This document shows positions 30,114 through 40,595 of a stretch of DNA of 64,000 nt, in pieces (position 1 is the first letter of the stretch; every line of letters begins with the position of its first letter). The stretch is from assembly GCA_021823625.1 (NCBI GenBank), contig JAKANS010000006.1, forward strand, positions 616-64,615, in the 5' to 3' direction. The stretch comes from a bacterium. GTDB taxonomy: Bacteria > Verrucomicrobiota > Verrucomicrobiia > Limisphaerales > J093. The translations under genes and the position numbers were made by a program. The notes under the pieces were generated by a model. That model was given only the letters and a program-made list of their open reading frames with translations, had not been told where the DNA came from and did no database searches.

Positions 30114-31799
30114 TCAAGGCGCGGAAGGTCTCCGCCGGTAAATCGTGCGCAAAGGATGTTCCGAGCGCAGGTTCGAATAAAGACCCGCCACGCGCGCTGG
30201 ATCGTAAAACTCCATGCCCACGTAGAAAAACAATGGGAGGATCGGCGCCTCGGTCTCGACCAGCAGCCGCTCGACCTCCTGGAGCCGGCGCAAGCGCACC
30301 ACCGGGTCCAGTTCCGCGTTGGCCGCGAGCAAGCCGGCGTCGTAAGCGGACGATTTCCAGCCGGTGCGGTTGTTGGGGTTCTCGCTGAGGAACAGGTCGA
30401 GGAACGTGTTGGGGTCGTTGTAGTCGCCGATCCAACTGCTGCGGACCAAGTCATAATCGAGCATCGACTGCGCGCGGAAGTAGCTCTTCCACTCCAATTG
30501 CTTTAACTCGACCGTGATCCCCAGTTCGCGCCGCCACATGTCGCGCAGTTCCACGCCGATCTTCCGATGCGTCTCCGCGGTATTGTAGGTGTAAGTGACC
30601 GCCGGGAAGCCGCGCCCTTCCGGATACCCCGCCGCCGCCAGCAAGGCGCGCGCACGCGCGGGATCGAACGGCAGACCGGTGGGCGGTTGGTACACGCCGC
30701 CGGCGTTCGTGATGCCCGGCGGAGTCAGCGACCCGGCGATGCGCTCGCCGCCGCGGGTCAGGCGTTCCACAATGCGCCGCTTGTCGATCGCCATCGCCAA
30801 CGCCTGACGCACGCGGGGATCGTCGAACGGTTTGCGGGTCACGTTGCAGCGGATGAAATACGTGCCCAGCGACGGGTAAGTGTGGAAATCCGGGCGTTTA
30901 AGCAGCAGGTCCACGAGGTCGGTCGGCACGAGTTCCTTGTCCCAAACCACGTCCACCGCATGCGTGATAAAGAGGTTCAGCGCGGTCGTGGGCGAGACGC
31001 AGGTCAGCAGATCCACCACTTCGCTGCGGGTGTTGGCGGCATCCCAGTAGTGAGGATTCCGGCGCAGGCGCACGCGGTCGTTAAGGCGCCAATAATCCAG
31101 CGTGTACGCGCCGCTGGCCATGAACGGACGCGCGTGCAGCCAGCGGTCGCCGTACCGCTCGATCAGTTTGCGCGGCACCACCGTAAACGGTTGGTAGGCG
31201 ACCAGGTCGAGGAAGAAAGGCGTTGGGCTTTCCAGTTCGACCTCGAATTGGTGCGGGTTTCGCGCCCGCCCGCCGACCTGCGAAAAGTCCTTCAGCGCGC
31301 CGGTGGCAAACGGTTCGCCGTTCTTCACATAAAACAGCACGCCGGCGTACTCGCTGGCCGTGGCCGGTTCCAGGATGCGCCGCCAGGAATAGACAAAATC
31401 GTCCGCGACGATCGGCTCGCCGGTGGACCACGCGGCGTTGGTGCGCAGGTAAAACTGGTAAATGCGGCCGTCCTTGGACAGCTCCCATCGCTCGGCAATG
31501 CCAGGAATCGGGCCGGCGGTCACGGGATCGTACCGCGTCAAACCTTCGAACAGCGACAGCGCGATCCGGCCGTCGGCCTGGCCGGTGACCAGGTGCGGGT
31601 CCAGCGATTCGGGTTCGGGGCCGTTGACGATGGTCAGGTCCACCGCCGGCGGAGCCCCGCCACAGCCCACCAGTGCGAACAAGATCGCCAGGCAGAACGC
31701 GAGCCACGCCGCCGGCGGGGCGAGGTCGGTGGGGTTACCGCGTCCCGGAAAGCGCAACGCCCCCGGCGATGAACCGGGGGCGTTGCCGAAGTCGGTCAT
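30114..31799 (-). CDS. ABC transporter substrate-binding lipoprotein (family 5, peptide/nickel type)
   Basis: Lipobox LFALVGCGG. Family-5 SBP layout (TIVNGPEPESLDPH..., WSTGEPIVADDFVYSW). No permease or ATPase genes adjacent. Confidence 0.85.
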   Translation of the reverse strand: MTDFGNAPGSSPGALRFPGRGNPTDLAPPAAWLAFCLAILFALVGCGGAPPAVDLTIVNGPEPESLDPHLVTGQADGRIALSLFEGLTRYDPVTAGPIPGIAERWELSKDGRIYQFYLRTNAAWSTGEPIVADDFVYSWRRILEPATASEYAGVLFYVKNGEPFATGALKDFSQVGGRARNPHQFEVELESPTPFFLDLVAYQPFTVVPRKLIERYGDRWLHARPFMASGAYTLDYWRLNDRVRLRRNPHYWDAANTRSEVVDLLTCVSPTTALNLFITHAVDVVWDKELVPTDLVDLLLKRPDFHTYPSLGTYFIRCNVTRKPFDDPRVRQALAMAIDKRRIVERLTRGGERIAGSLTPPGITNAGGVYQPPTGLPFDPARARALLAAAGYPEGRGFPAVTYTYNTAETHRKIGVELRDMWRRELGITVELKQLEWKSYFRAQSMLDYDLVRSSWIGDYNDPNTFLDLFLSENPNNRTGWKSSAYDAGLLAANAELDPVVRLRRLQEVERLLVETEAPILPLFFYVGMEFYDPARVAGLYSNLRSEHPLRTIYRRRPSAP

Positions 31800-31807
31800 G
31801 TGAGACG

Positions 31808-32284
31808 CTACTGGCCCGGAGCCGGAGCCGCGGGCGCCGGGTTGGTCACCGGGGCGGGATTGGTCGCGGGCGTAGCTGCCGGCTTGGTGATGTTCGTTGC
31901 CGGTACCGCCGGTACGTTTGTAGCCTGGATTATCGGCAACTGAACGGCGGCGTTGGTCGGCACGGGCGTGATCGCCGCCGTCGCTGCGGTCTGACTCTGT
32001 TTCTCCAGTTCACGGGCGATGTTGCTGCCGCTGGCGCGCGCCTGGTGGTTGCGCATCACGGACAACACCAGCGAAATCGCCAGGAAGATCCCGGTGCCGT
32101 ACTTGGTCCAGCGGCTGAGCACCGTGCCGGAACCGGCGCCAAACAGCGCGTCGGCCGTGGCCCCGCCGAAGGCCATGCCCAGGCCGGCCTCCTTTTTCGG
32201 CAACTGGACCAGGATCATCAGGATCAACAGGAGGCTGGTGACCACCAACGCGAGCGTCAGCAAACCAACGAAAAGCGAGAGCAT
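31808..32284 (-). CDS. secG: Preprotein translocase subunit SecG with long Pro/Ala/Thr-rich C-terminal tail
   Basis: The ATG at 32284 opens MLSLFVGLLTLALVVTSLLLILMILVQLPKKEAGLGMAFGG... (SecG core, 2 TM). A low-complexity tail of about 80 aa follows. Sits in the conserved pgk-tpiA-secG order. Confidence 0.8.
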   Translation of the reverse strand: MLSLFVGLLTLALVVTSLLLILMILVQLPKKEAGLGMAFGGATADALFGAGSGTVLSRWTKYGTGIFLAISLVLSVMRNHQARASGSNIARELEKQSQTAATAAITPVPTNAAVQLPIIQATNVPAVPATNITKPAATPATNPAPVTNPAPAAPAPGQ

Positions 32285-32304
32285 AGTCGTGAGAAGAATT
32301 GAAC

Positions 32305-33069
32305 TTAGATCGAGTTTTTGACGATCTCGGTGAAACTGCGGATTTCCAGCGACGCGCCGCCCACCAGTGCGCCATCCACGTCCGGCTGGCTCATCAGTTC
32401 GCGGGCGTTGGACGGTTTCACGCTGCCGCCGTATTGGATGCGCACCCGCCGGGCCGTGGCTTCGTCGGCAATGCTCGCCAGCACCCTGCGGATGAAGGCG
32501 TGCGCGGACTGGGCCTGCTCGGTCGTGGCGGTCACGCCGGTGCCGATCGCCCAGACCGGTTCGTAGGCGATGATGGTTTCTTCGAGCTGGTCGTTGCTGA
32601 AGCCGGCCAGACTGCCACGGAGTTGGGTTTCGAGCACCTGCTCCATCTGGCCGCCCTTGCGTTCGTCGAGCGACTCGCCGATGCAAACGATGGGCTTGAG
32701 CGACGCGGCGTGCGCGGCCAGCGCCTTGCGGGCGATCGTCTCGTTGGACTCTTTCTGGTACTGGCGGCGCTCGGAATGGCCGAGGATGACATAGCGGACG
32801 GAAAACTCCTTGAGCATGGCGGCGCAGATTTCGCCCGTGTAGGCGCCGAAATTATGCTCGCTCATGTTCTGCGCGCCCAGGCGGATATTCGAGTCGAGGA
32901 TGGCCCTGGTCACCTCGCTCAAGGCGGTGAACGGCGGCGCGACCACGAGGTCCACCTCTTTGACAGTCGCCAGTTCGCGCTTCAAACCGTTCACGAGGTC
33001 AATCGCCTCGGCGACGGTTTTGTTCATCTTCCAATTGCCGGCGATGATCAGTTTGCGGTCTTTGTTCAT
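32305..33069 (-). CDS. tpiA: Triose-phosphate isomerase
   Basis: Contains IAGNWKMN, ILGHSERR and AYEPVWAIGTG. Confidence 0.92.
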   Translation of the reverse strand: MNKDRKLIIAGNWKMNKTVAEAIDLVNGLKRELATVKEVDLVVAPPFTALSEVTRAILDSNIRLGAQNMSEHNFGAYTGEICAAMLKEFSVRYVILGHSERRQYQKESNETIARKALAAHAASLKPIVCIGESLDERKGGQMEQVLETQLRGSLAGFSNDQLEETIIAYEPVWAIGTGVTATTEQAQSAHAFIRRVLASIADEATARRVRIQYGGSVKPSNARELMSQPDVDGALVGGASLEIRSFTEIVKNSI

Positions 33070-33105
33070 GAATCGGGGAAAGTTGATCGAAAACGGGGCC
33101 AGCGG

Positions 33106-34371
33106 TCAACGACTGCCGCCCGCGGCGGGCTTGTCCGAAAGCGCCGCCACTCCGGGCAGCACCTTGCCTTCGAGAAACTCCAGGCTGGCCCCGCCACCGG
33201 TCGAGGTGTGCGTGACCTTCTTGTCGGCGCCGTACTTCTTCGCTGCCGTGGCGGTGTCGCCGCCGCCGATCACGGTGGTGGCGCCGGCCTGCGTCGCGGC
33301 CACGATCGCGTCCGCCATCGCCTTGGTGGCGGCTTCGAAGGCGGGGATCTCGAACACGCCGGGCGGGCCGTTCCAAACGATCGTCTTCGCGCGCTGGATC
33401 GCGTCGAGGAACAGCGCCGTGGATTTTGGCCCCACGTCGAGGCCGAGCCAGCCGTCGGGGATGCCGGAGGCGTCATCCGCGGCTTTGACTTGTGCGTCTG
33501 CGGCGAACTTGTCGCCGCACACGTAATCCACTGGCAGCAGAATCTTGCGGCCCTTATCCTGCGCCTTCTTCATCAACTCCGGCACGATCTTGGCGCCTTC
33601 CGGGTCGAAGAGCGAATTGCCGATCGCCAAGCCGCCGATGACCTTCTTGAACGTGAAGGCCATGCCGCCGCCGATAATGATCTCGTCCGCCTTGTCGAGC
33701 AGGTTGCCGATGAGCTGGATTTTGTCCGCCACCTTGGCACCGCCCAAAATAGCGAGCAGCGGGCGCCGCGGGTTTTCCAGCACCGCGGTGAAAGCGTCCA
33801 ATTCCTTCTTCATCAGGTAACCGCAGGCGCGTTGCGGCAACTGCACCCCCGTCATCGACGAGTGATCGCGATGCGCGGTGCCGAAGGCGTCGTTGATATA
33901 GACATCCGCCAGCTTGGTGAGCGAAGCGCGGAACGCCTTCACGGCCTGAGGATCGGCCTTCAGCTTCGAGCCGTCTTCGAGTTTGACCTTACCCTCTTCC
34001 TCGATGTGGAAGCGGAGGTTTTCCAGCAGGATCACGTCGCCGGGTTGGGCCTGGACGCAGGCGGCCTCGACCTCGGGGCCGACGCAGTCGTGGAGGAACC
34101 GGACAGGCTTGGCGAGCAGTTCCTGGAGCTTCGCCGCCACAGGCCGAAGCGAAAACTTCTCGATCCGCTTGCCGTTCGGCCGGCCCAAATGGCTCATCAA
34201 GATCACTGCCGCGCCCTGGGCGAGCGCGTACTTGAGGGTCGGCAGCGCCGCCTCGATGCGCTTGGAGTTGGTAATGGCCCCCGTGATCTTGTCCTGGGGC
34301 ACATTGAAATCCACGCGAATCAGGGCGCGCTTACCTTTCAACTCCACGTCTTCGATGAACAATTTGGCCAT
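33106..34371 (-). CDS. pgk: Phosphoglycerate kinase
   Basis: The ATG at 34371 opens [25 protein letters not shown]. Also contains SHLGRP and GGGDTA. Confidence 0.92.
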   Translation of the reverse strand: MAKLFIEDVELKGKRALIRVDFNVPQDKITGAITNSKRIEAALPTLKYALAQGAAVILMSHLGRPNGKRIEKFSLRPVAAKLQELLAKPVRFLHDCVGPEVEAACVQAQPGDVILLENLRFHIEEEGKVKLEDGSKLKADPQAVKAFRASLTKLADVYINDAFGTAHRDHSSMTGVQLPQRACGYLMKKELDAFTAVLENPRRPLLAILGGAKVADKIQLIGNLLDKADEIIIGGGMAFTFKKVIGGLAIGNSLFDPEGAKIVPELMKKAQDKGRKILLPVDYVCGDKFAADAQVKAADDASGIPDGWLGLDVGPKSTALFLDAIQRAKTIVWNGPPGVFEIPAFEAATKAMADAIVAATQAGATTVIGGGDTATAAKKYGADKKVTHTSTGGGASLEFLEGKVLPGVAALSDKPAAGGSR

Positions 34372-34491
34372 AGCTGTGGCTCGAAAATCGAAGGGCGAGC
34401 ATATCGGCGGCCGGGGTCGAGTCAAAGCCATTTGTGCGCGCCGTCGCGCCGCGATTCGGCCTCATGCCGCTGTGCGGCGAGCGCCCCCGCG

Positions 34492-35724
34492 TCAGACCTC
34501 CAGGAGCATCCGCGCAGGATTCTCGACCAGGTCCTTGATCCGCCGCAGGAACGTGACCGCCTCGCGTCCGTCCACGATCCGGTGATCGTAGGTGAGCGCC
34601 AGGTACATCATTGGCCGGATTACGACCTGGCCGTTCACCGCCACCGGGCGATCCTGGATGGCGTGCATGCCGAGCACGCCGCTTTGGGGCGCATTGATCA
34701 GCGGGGTCGAAAGCAGCGAGCCATAGACGCCGCCGTTGGTGATCGTGAACGTGCCGCCGGCCAGTTCGTCGGGCTTGATCCGGTTTTCTTTGACGCGCTT
34801 GCCGAAATCCGCGATGGCCTGCTCGATTTCGGCGAAACTCAATCGCTCGGCGTGGCGCAAGACCGGCACCACCAATCCGCGACCGCCGCCGATGGCGATG
34901 CCGATGTCGAAGTAATTTCGATAGACGATGTCGGTGCCGCGAATCTCGGCGTTAAGCGCGGGGGTGTCCTTGAGTGCCTCGACCACGGCCTTCACGAAAA
35001 ACGACATGAAACCCAGCTTGATCTGGTACCGCTCCAGAAACTTGTCCTGGAACTGGCCGCGCAGCGCCAGTACGCCCGACATGTCCACCTCGTTGAAGGT
35101 GGTCAACAGCGCCATGGTGTTTTGGGCCTGAAGAAGACGTTCGGCGATTTTGCGTCGGATCAGGCTCATCGCGACGACTTCTTCCTCGCGACCGGCCGCG
35201 GTCGTGACCGGTTTCACGGCCGGTGCCGCCTGGGTTTCAGGTAGGCTCGGGACTACGGCTGGCTGGGCCGCCTGCGCAGCGGCACGTTGCACGTCTTCCT
35301 TCAAAACTCGTCCGCCAGGGCCGGTGCCAGGAATTTCCCCGGCTTTGAGACCCGCCTGGGCGGCAGCCCGCGCGGCGGCGGGCATGACCCGCGGTTCCGG
35401 CTGGGCGGTGCCTTCCGGCTTCGGCTTTGCCGCCTTCGGCGCAATCACCGGCGCGGGTGTCTCCACCTTGGCCGGCGCGGGCGCGCCTCCCGGTTCGACA
35501 TAACCCACCACTTCGCCCGCGCTGACCTTAGCCCCTTTCGGTTTCAACAGCTTGCCGAGAACGCCGTCGGTGGGCGCGAACAGTTCCATCGTCGCCTTGT
35601 CGGTCTCGATGACGGCCACGGCTTCGTCTTTGCGGACCGGATCGCCTTCGCCCTTGAGCCATTCGCCAATCTCGACCTCGGAAACGGATTCGCCGACCGA
35701 GGGCACGGTGAGTTCGGTTGCCAT
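34492..35724 (-). CDS. sucB: 2-oxoglutarate dehydrogenase E2 (dihydrolipoyllysine-residue succinyltransferase)
   Basis: Single lipoyl domain ([10 protein letters not shown]), a P/A linker, and a catalytic [10 protein letters not shown] segment. Confidence 0.9.
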   Translation of the reverse strand: MATELTVPSVGESVSEVEIGEWLKGEGDPVRKDEAVAVIETDKATMELFAPTDGVLGKLLKPKGAKVSAGEVVGYVEPGGAPAPAKVETPAPVIAPKAAKPKPEGTAQPEPRVMPAAARAAAQAGLKAGEIPGTGPGGRVLKEDVQRAAAQAAQPAVVPSLPETQAAPAVKPVTTAAGREEEVVAMSLIRRKIAERLLQAQNTMALLTTFNEVDMSGVLALRGQFQDKFLERYQIKLGFMSFFVKAVVEALKDTPALNAEIRGTDIVYRNYFDIGIAIGGGRGLVVPVLRHAERLSFAEIEQAIADFGKRVKENRIKPDELAGGTFTITNGGVYGSLLSTPLINAPQSGVLGMHAIQDRPVAVNGQVVIRPMMYLALTYDHRIVDGREAVTFLRRIKDLVENPARMLLEV

Positions 35725-35737
35725 GAAATGGATGGGG

Positions 35738-38599
35738 TTAGGCCAGTTGTTTGGTGCTGACGATGGTTTCGGTGCGCGGCCGCGGTTGATAATCTTTGCC
35801 GCCGAATGCGCTGTCGAGAATCTGCTCCTGTTCGAGCTGGTGGGCCGCCGCGGAGCCGGTCGCTGGACTGGCAGACGCGGGACGACACACGCCGCTGAAC
35901 GGCAGGCGGCCGAGGAATTGCATGCTGACGGTCACCCGCAGGTAGCGCCAGGCGCCCATGTTCTCGGGCTCTTCCTGGACCCAGATGACGTTTGTGTCTT
36001 CGCGACAATCGGCCAGCAACGCTTCCAGTTGCGCGCGCGGGAAAGGGTACAGCTCTTCAAGGCGGATGATGGCGGTGTCGTCGCGCCCCAGTTCCCGCCG
36101 GCGGGTTTCCAAGTCGTAATAGATTTTCCCGCTGCACAGCAACACCCGGTTCGCCTCGGCCATGGCGATGCCGCGCGGATCGGGCATGACGCGCTGGAAG
36201 CGGTCGCGGGCGAGGTCTGCCAGTGGCGACACCGCCTTCGGATTGCGCAAAAGGCTCTTGGGGGTCATCACGACCAGTGGCTTGCGCCATTTGCGCAAGA
36301 CCTGTCGGCGCAGCAAGTGAAAGAACTGCGCCGGCGTGCTCGGGTTGGCCACTTGGATGTTGTCCTCGGCCGCCAGCGCGAGAAAACGTTCCAGCCGCGC
36401 ACTCGAATGTTCCGGGCCCGCGCCTTCAAAACCGTGCGGGAGCAACATCACCAGCCCGCTCAACCGCCGCCACTTGTCTTCGCCGCTCACGATGAATTGA
36501 TCGATGGTCACTTGGGCCACGTTCGCGAAATCGCCGAACTGCGCCTCCCAGATGATGAGGCCCTCGGGGGTATCCAGGCTGTAGCCGTACTCGAATCCGA
36601 GCACGCCGACCTCGGACAGCGGACTGTTGATGATGTCCACCGGCCCCTGGCCCGCGCCCAAATGCTGGAGCGGGCAGTGCTTCTTGCCCGTCTCGTAATC
36701 ATGCAAAACCGCGTGCCGGTGGCTGAACGTGCCGCGTTCACAATCCTGGCCGGAAAGCCGGAGGCGGTGGCCGGCGCTCGCCAGGCTGGCGAAGGCCGCG
36801 GCTTCGGCAGCGGCCCAGTCCAGCGGGCGTTGTCCTTCCGCCATTTCGCGACGGTGTTCGAGCACTTTGCGCAGCTTGGGGTGCGGCTGAAAATCGGGCG
36901 GCAACTCGGTGACTTTGCGGAGCAACTCTGTCAGCGACGCCACCGGCAAACCGGTTTCGGGATCGTCATCGGAGGAGGCCGGGCCGCCGCGGTAGCCTTG
37001 CCAGATGCCAGAGAGGCTGCTGGGTGGCAGACCGCAGAAGCTGCTGCGCGCCTCGCTGAGGTGCTGTTCCAGCCAGTCGTAACGCTTGCGCGCGATTTCG
37101 TCGGCCTCCTCGCGCGTGATGCCGCCGAGCTGGAACAGCCGATCGAGGTAGGCTTCGCGGACCGACTTCCGCTGCTCGATCAACCGGTAAAGCGTGGGTT
37201 GGGTGAACGACGGTTCATCGCCTTCATTGTGACCGAGGCGGCGGTAACAGTACATGTCGATCACCACGTCCAGCTTGTATTGCTGGCGGAAGTCCATCGC
37301 CAGTTGGATGCAGCGCGCCACCGCTTCGGGATCCTCCCCGTTCACGTGGAAGATCGGCGCGGGCAACATCCGGGCCACGCTGGTGGCGTACAAGGTGGAC
37401 CGGCCTTCGCTGGGCGGCGTGGTGAAGCCGATCTGGTTGTTGACGATGATGTGGATCGTGCCGCCGGTGCGGTAACCGGGCAGGCGGCTCAGGTTGAGCG
37501 TTTCCTGGACGACGCCCTCGCCGATGAATGCCGCGTCGCCGTGGACCAGCAGGGTCATCACCTGGGAGCGGTCGGTGTCGTGCGCACGGTCCTGTTTGGC
37601 GCGAACGCGGCCGAGCGCGACTGGATTTACGAATTCGAGGTGGCTTGGGTTGAAACACAGCGAGAGATGCACCCGCCGGCCGGCGGCGGTCAGGTAGTCG
37701 CTGCTGTACCCCATGTGGTATTTGACGTCGCCGCCACCCAGGTAAAGGTCCGGGTCCTTGTCCTCGAACTCGCGGAAAATCTCGCGCGGACTCTTGCCGA
37801 TGATGTTGGCCAGCACGTTCAACCGGCCCCGGTGGGCCATGCCCAGCACGATCTCGTGCACGCCCAGCTCGCTGGCCTTTTCGATGGCGAGGTCAAGCAG
37901 CGGGATCAGGCTTTCGCCGCCTTCAAGGGAAAAACTCTTCGCGCCGACGAATTTCTTGCGAATGAACTGCTCGAACACGATCGCGTCCGTCAGCCGGGTG
38001 AGGATCCGAAGTTGGGTGTCGCGGCTCAGTTCGGCGCGGAAAGGCATGCTCTCGAACCGTGCTTGCAGCCAGTGGCGGATGCGCAGGTCGTCGATGTGCA
38101 TGTATTGCGCGCCAATGGCTCCGCAGTAGATCGTGCGCAGCCGTTGGAGGATTTCGCGCAAAGTCAACCGGCCGTCGGCACGCAGCGTCTCGGCGTAGAA
38201 CTCGCGGTTCATGTCGCCGCCGCTGAAGCCGTAGTACTGCGGGTCCAACTGCGGCACGTAGGGCGTGAAGTCGCTCAGCGGGTCCATCTTGGCCACGATG
38301 TGGCCGCGCACGCGGTAGGCGCGGACCAGCCGGTCCACCCGTTGTTGGAGCAAAAGCATCCGGTCCAAATTTTCCTCGCGGGCGGGGGCGACGGTCGCGG
38401 CCCCGGCGGGGTTGAACACGCTGCGGCGCGCGAAAGCGGGCGCCAGCCGGACCGGGGCAGCCGCTGGGCCGCCGTTGGTCAGGCCGGCGAAATACTGCCG
38501 CCACTCGACCGGTACGAAGTCGGGGTTGGACTGGTACGCGGCGAACAACTCCTCGACATAGCCGAGATTGGCCACTTCCGGTGACTCCGCGAAATTCAT
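35738..38599 (-). CDS. sucA: 2-oxoglutarate dehydrogenase E1 component
   Basis: ATG at 38599. Contains [22 protein letters not shown] and [15 protein letters not shown]. Collinear over its full length. Confidence 0.9.
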   Translation of the reverse strand: MNFAESPEVANLGYVEELFAAYQSNPDFVPVEWRQYFAGLTNGGPAAAPVRLAPAFARRSVFNPAGAATVAPAREENLDRMLLLQQRVDRLVRAYRVRGHIVAKMDPLSDFTPYVPQLDPQYYGFSGGDMNREFYAETLRADGRLTLREILQRLRTIYCGAIGAQYMHIDDLRIRHWLQARFESMPFRAELSRDTQLRILTRLTDAIVFEQFIRKKFVGAKSFSLEGGESLIPLLDLAIEKASELGVHEIVLGMAHRGRLNVLANIIGKSPREIFREFEDKDPDLYLGGGDVKYHMGYSSDYLTAAGRRVHLSLCFNPSHLEFVNPVALGRVRAKQDRAHDTDRSQVMTLLVHGDAAFIGEGVVQETLNLSRLPGYRTGGTIHIIVNNQIGFTTPPSEGRSTLYATSVARMLPAPIFHVNGEDPEAVARCIQLAMDFRQQYKLDVVIDMYCYRRLGHNEGDEPSFTQPTLYRLIEQRKSVREAYLDRLFQLGGITREEADEIARKRYDWLEQHLSEARSSFCGLPPSSLSGIWQGYRGGPASSDDDPETGLPVASLTELLRKVTELPPDFQPHPKLRKVLEHRREMAEGQRPLDWAAAEAAAFASLASAGHRLRLSGQDCERGTFSHRHAVLHDYETGKKHCPLQHLGAGQGPVDIINSPLSEVGVLGFEYGYSLDTPEGLIIWEAQFGDFANVAQVTIDQFIVSGEDKWRRLSGLVMLLPHGFEGAGPEHSSARLERFLALAAEDNIQVANPSTPAQFFHLLRRQVLRKWRKPLVVMTPKSLLRNPKAVSPLADLARDRFQRVMPDPRGIAMAEANRVLLCSGKIYYDLETRRRELGRDDTAIIRLEELYPFPRAQLEALLADCREDTNVIWVQEEPENMGAWRYLRVTVSMQFLGRLPFSGVCRPASASPATGSAAAHQLEQEQILDSAFGGKDYQPRPRTETIVSTKQLA

Positions 38600-38870
38600 G
38601 GGTGCTGCTGGCTTTGTATCGCCGTCCAATCTGGCACCGCGACGGGCCCGGGCAAACCGGCCTGCATCCGCCGGTCACGCCCCACGCCCGCCCCCGCCTG
38701 CCAGTCACGACGCTCGGACTCTTGGCCGATTCCGTGGAATCGGCAAGCCCGGAGCGACAAGCTCCGCTCCTCGCCATGCTGGACCGGGCGCGGCCTGGCG
38801 TTGGACCCCAAAGCCGGATCATTTCCAACGTGGAACCTCGCAGTCGAAACCCGGACCTCGGCCAAAGCCT

Positions 38871-39035
38871 CGTGATCTCGACGGCGACGAACGCTGCGCA
38901 AGCCGACGCAAGGTGGCTCATGGCTCCGCCGACGCATCCGCTGGAAACGCTCTGGGTTCGCTGGTGGCCGACTGGCACCGGCGTCCACGTTAACGCTCCG
39001 CGAAGGCGCGAATGTCCTGCCGGCCCGAACGAGCG
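38871..39035 (+). repeat. Intergenic GC-rich repeat, copy R1 (~150-nt family)
   Basis: Aligns by eye with copies at 40448 and 41271. Shared blocks: cgtgatc, (g/c)(a/t)acgaacgc, ca(a/g)gg(c/t)ggctca(t/g)gg(c/t)tcc(g/a)ccgacgca, gct(c/t)t(g/c)ggttcgc, and ccgcg(a/c)(a/t)ggcg(c/t)gaa(t/g). Ends about 20 nt from the stop of the DUF5615 pseudogene. Confidence 0.7.
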
Positions 39036-39055
39036 AAATCGAGGAAGTGCAGGGA

Positions 39056-39312
39056 CTACCGGTGAGGTTCTCCGCTGTTTTCGGTGGTGATGAGCAGGAG
39101 CTTGGGCGGACCCTGGCCGAGTTCGTGAGTGATTTCGAAGTCCGTGTCCTTGGTGATCAGCTCGCGATCGACTTGGTTCGCCAAGGCTAACAGGAATGAA
39201 CGGGAGTGCGGTTCTGTTGGGCGAGATCGAGTGTGTGAATCACGTCATGCCCGCGCCGCTGGAGCCAGAGCACGAGTCGGCGCGGCAACTGGGCATCGAC
39301 CAAAAACTTCAC
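39056..39312 (-). pseudogene. DUF5615 (PIN-like, toxin-partner of DUF433) gene disrupted by a frameshift
   Basis: The GTG at 39312 overlaps the DUF433 stop (GTGA). It opens VKFLVDAQLPRRLVLWLQRRGHDVIHTLDL, and this frame stops at 39187. The family continuation ALANQVDRELITKDTDFEITHELGQGPPKLLLITTENSGEPHR is in another frame down to the stop at 39056-39058. The indel is near 39200-39215. Confidence 0.55.
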
Positions 39313-39545
39313 GCGGCCAAGGGTAGAATGCGGCGGACGCTGGCGAGCCGGGCGGCAAAGGCCAGGCTGGCGCACACGTCCTCGCGTTCACGGTCCGGAT
39401 AATCAGCGAGAGTCTCTCCCGCCGTCATGTTCCCTGCCAGCAGTTCCAGGATCATGCTCACGGAATAAGACAATCCGCGCACGGTGGGCTGGCCGTGGCC
39501 GATCGCGGGATCGACCGTGATGTGTTTCGGCGCGTCCTTCATCAA
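39309..39545 (-). CDS. DUF433 domain protein (antitoxin-like partner of DUF5615)
   Basis: ITVDPAIGHGQPTVRGLSYSVSMILELLAGNMTAGETLADYPDREREDVCASLAFAARL matches the DUF433 pattern (ITxDPxIxxGxPxIRGTRIxV...L..G.....IL..YP.L...DI..AL.YA). Confidence 0.75.
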   Translation of the reverse strand: MMKDAPKHITVDPAIGHGQPTVRGLSYSVSMILELLAGNMTAGETLADYPDREREDVCASLAFAARLASVRRILPLAA

Positions 39546-39652
39546 GCATTACGCTGCCGACCTCAGACCTGTGGAACGAGGAGGCCGGAAAGGAAGATCA
39601 GAGCCGCGTGCCCTCGCCTGCACCCACAATCCAAAATCGCTTCCGCCGCGCT

Positions 39653-39684
39653 TTGACAGTTTGACATCTTTCGCAATATTGCGA
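39653..39684 (+). promoter_or_regulatory. Candidate promoter and operator of the HigB/HigA-like operon
   Basis: TTGACA at 39653-39658 (a second TTGACA lies at 39661-39666), a 16-nt spacer, then AATATT at 39675-39680. This lies inside a perfect 14-bp palindrome, tcgcaatattgcga (39671-39684), 17 nt upstream of the toxin ATG. Confidence 0.4.
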
Positions 39685-39700
39685 TGATGACGGCGCTGCG

Positions 39701-40075
39701 ATGCCCGGAACCAAAACTGTCCTTTACCGCGAAGACGACGGTAGCGTGCCGCTGCTGGAGTGGCTCGACGCCATTCCAGACAAAGCGCGGGACAAGTGTG
39801 TCGCCCGGATCGAGCGACTCCGCGCACTGGGCCACGAACTCCGCCGCCCCGAAGCCGACTTTTTGCGGGATGGCATTTACGAACTCCGCGCCGCCTTGCA
39901 AGGGATCAATTACCGCGTCCTCTACTTTTTTCATGGACGTGAGGCGGTCGTCCTATCGCACGGACTCGCCAAGCAACGCGTCGTCCCGCCGAAGGAAATC
40001 GAGCGGGCCATCGCCCGGAAGCGGAAGTTCGAGGCCGCCCCGCAGAAACACACCTACGGAGAATTGTTGCCATGA
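39701..40075 (+). CDS. RelE/ParE-superfamily toxin, HigB / phage Gp49-like
   Basis: Contains VLYREDDGSVPLLEWLDAIPDKARDKCVARIERL, GIYELRAALQGINYRVLYFF and VVLSHGLAKQ. Toxin-first order with an ATGA overlap to the HTH gene. Confidence 0.75.
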   Translation: MPGTKTVLYREDDGSVPLLEWLDAIPDKARDKCVARIERLRALGHELRRPEADFLRDGIYELRAALQGINYRVLYFFHGREAVVLSHGLAKQRVVPPKEIERAIARKRKFEAAPQKHTYGELLP

Positions 40076-40401
40076 CACCGAAACGCAAACGCACCACTGA
40101 CGCCGTTGAAATCCTGCAACGCCGCTATTACACGGGCCGGCCCGAACGCTTGGCCGCGCTGGAGGAGGAGCGCGCCAACGCCAACGTGGCTCGGCAGATT
40201 TGCGATCTGCGCACCAAGGCTGGCTTGACCCAGGCCCAGGTCGCCAAGTTGATCGGCACCGCCCCCTCCGTCATCAGCCGGCTGGAGGATGCCGACTACG
40301 AAGGCCATTCGCTCTCCATGCTCCGCCGCATCGCCGCCGCGTTGCAGAGCCGCGTGGAAATCCGATTCGTGCCGCTGAAAGGCCTGTTGCAAGCGGCTTG
40401 A
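40072..40401 (+). CDS. XRE-family HTH antitoxin (HigA-like)
   Basis: HTH segment LRTKAGLTQAQVAKLIGTAPSVISRLEDADYEGHSLSMLRRIAAAL. Overlaps the toxin stop by 4 nt. Confidence 0.8.
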   Translation: MTPKRKRTTDAVEILQRRYYTGRPERLAALEEERANANVARQICDLRTKAGLTQAQVAKLIGTAPSVISRLEDADYEGHSLSMLRRIAAALQSRVEIRFVPLKGLLQAA

Positions 40402-40447
40402 GCGCCTTTCGGCCATGTGGAGTGCGGCAAGAAGCATCAGAAGCCAT

Positions 40448-40593
40448 CGTGACCCCGGCGGCTACGAACGCTGCGCAAACCGACCCAAGGCGGCTCATGG
40501 CTCCACCGACGCATCGCTGACGGGGCTTTCGGTTCGCGGGTGGGGGACCGGCGTCTGCGCCCGCGCCGGCTTTCCGCGAAGGCGTGAAGTTCC
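40448..40593 (+). repeat. Intergenic GC-rich repeat, copy R2
   Basis: Same family and orientation as R1 and R3. Contains the hairpin gcgggtg(40536-40542)...cgcccgc(40558-40564). Ends 3 nt from the ParE-like stop. Confidence 0.7.
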
Positions 40594-40595
40594 GC

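Noticed and set aside
32299-38584. Very long plus-strand ORFs (32299..35244, 981 aa; 35552..38584, 1010 aa) opposite tpiA-pgk-sucB-sucA
   Set aside because: They lie antisense to genes with unmistakable family signatures. Their products are Arg/Gly/Ala/Pro-rich with no motifs. This is typical of stop-codon-poor antisense frames in high-GC DNA.
38630-39055. Protein-coding potential of ORFs across repeat R1 (38581..39090 plus strand, 38596..38988 minus strand, 37923..38978 minus strand)
   Set aside because: The ORFs overlap each other and sucA and have no plausible starts or motifs. The only conserved 'peptide' (NAAQ.D.R.LMAPPTH) recurs simply because the underlying nucleotide repeat recurs.
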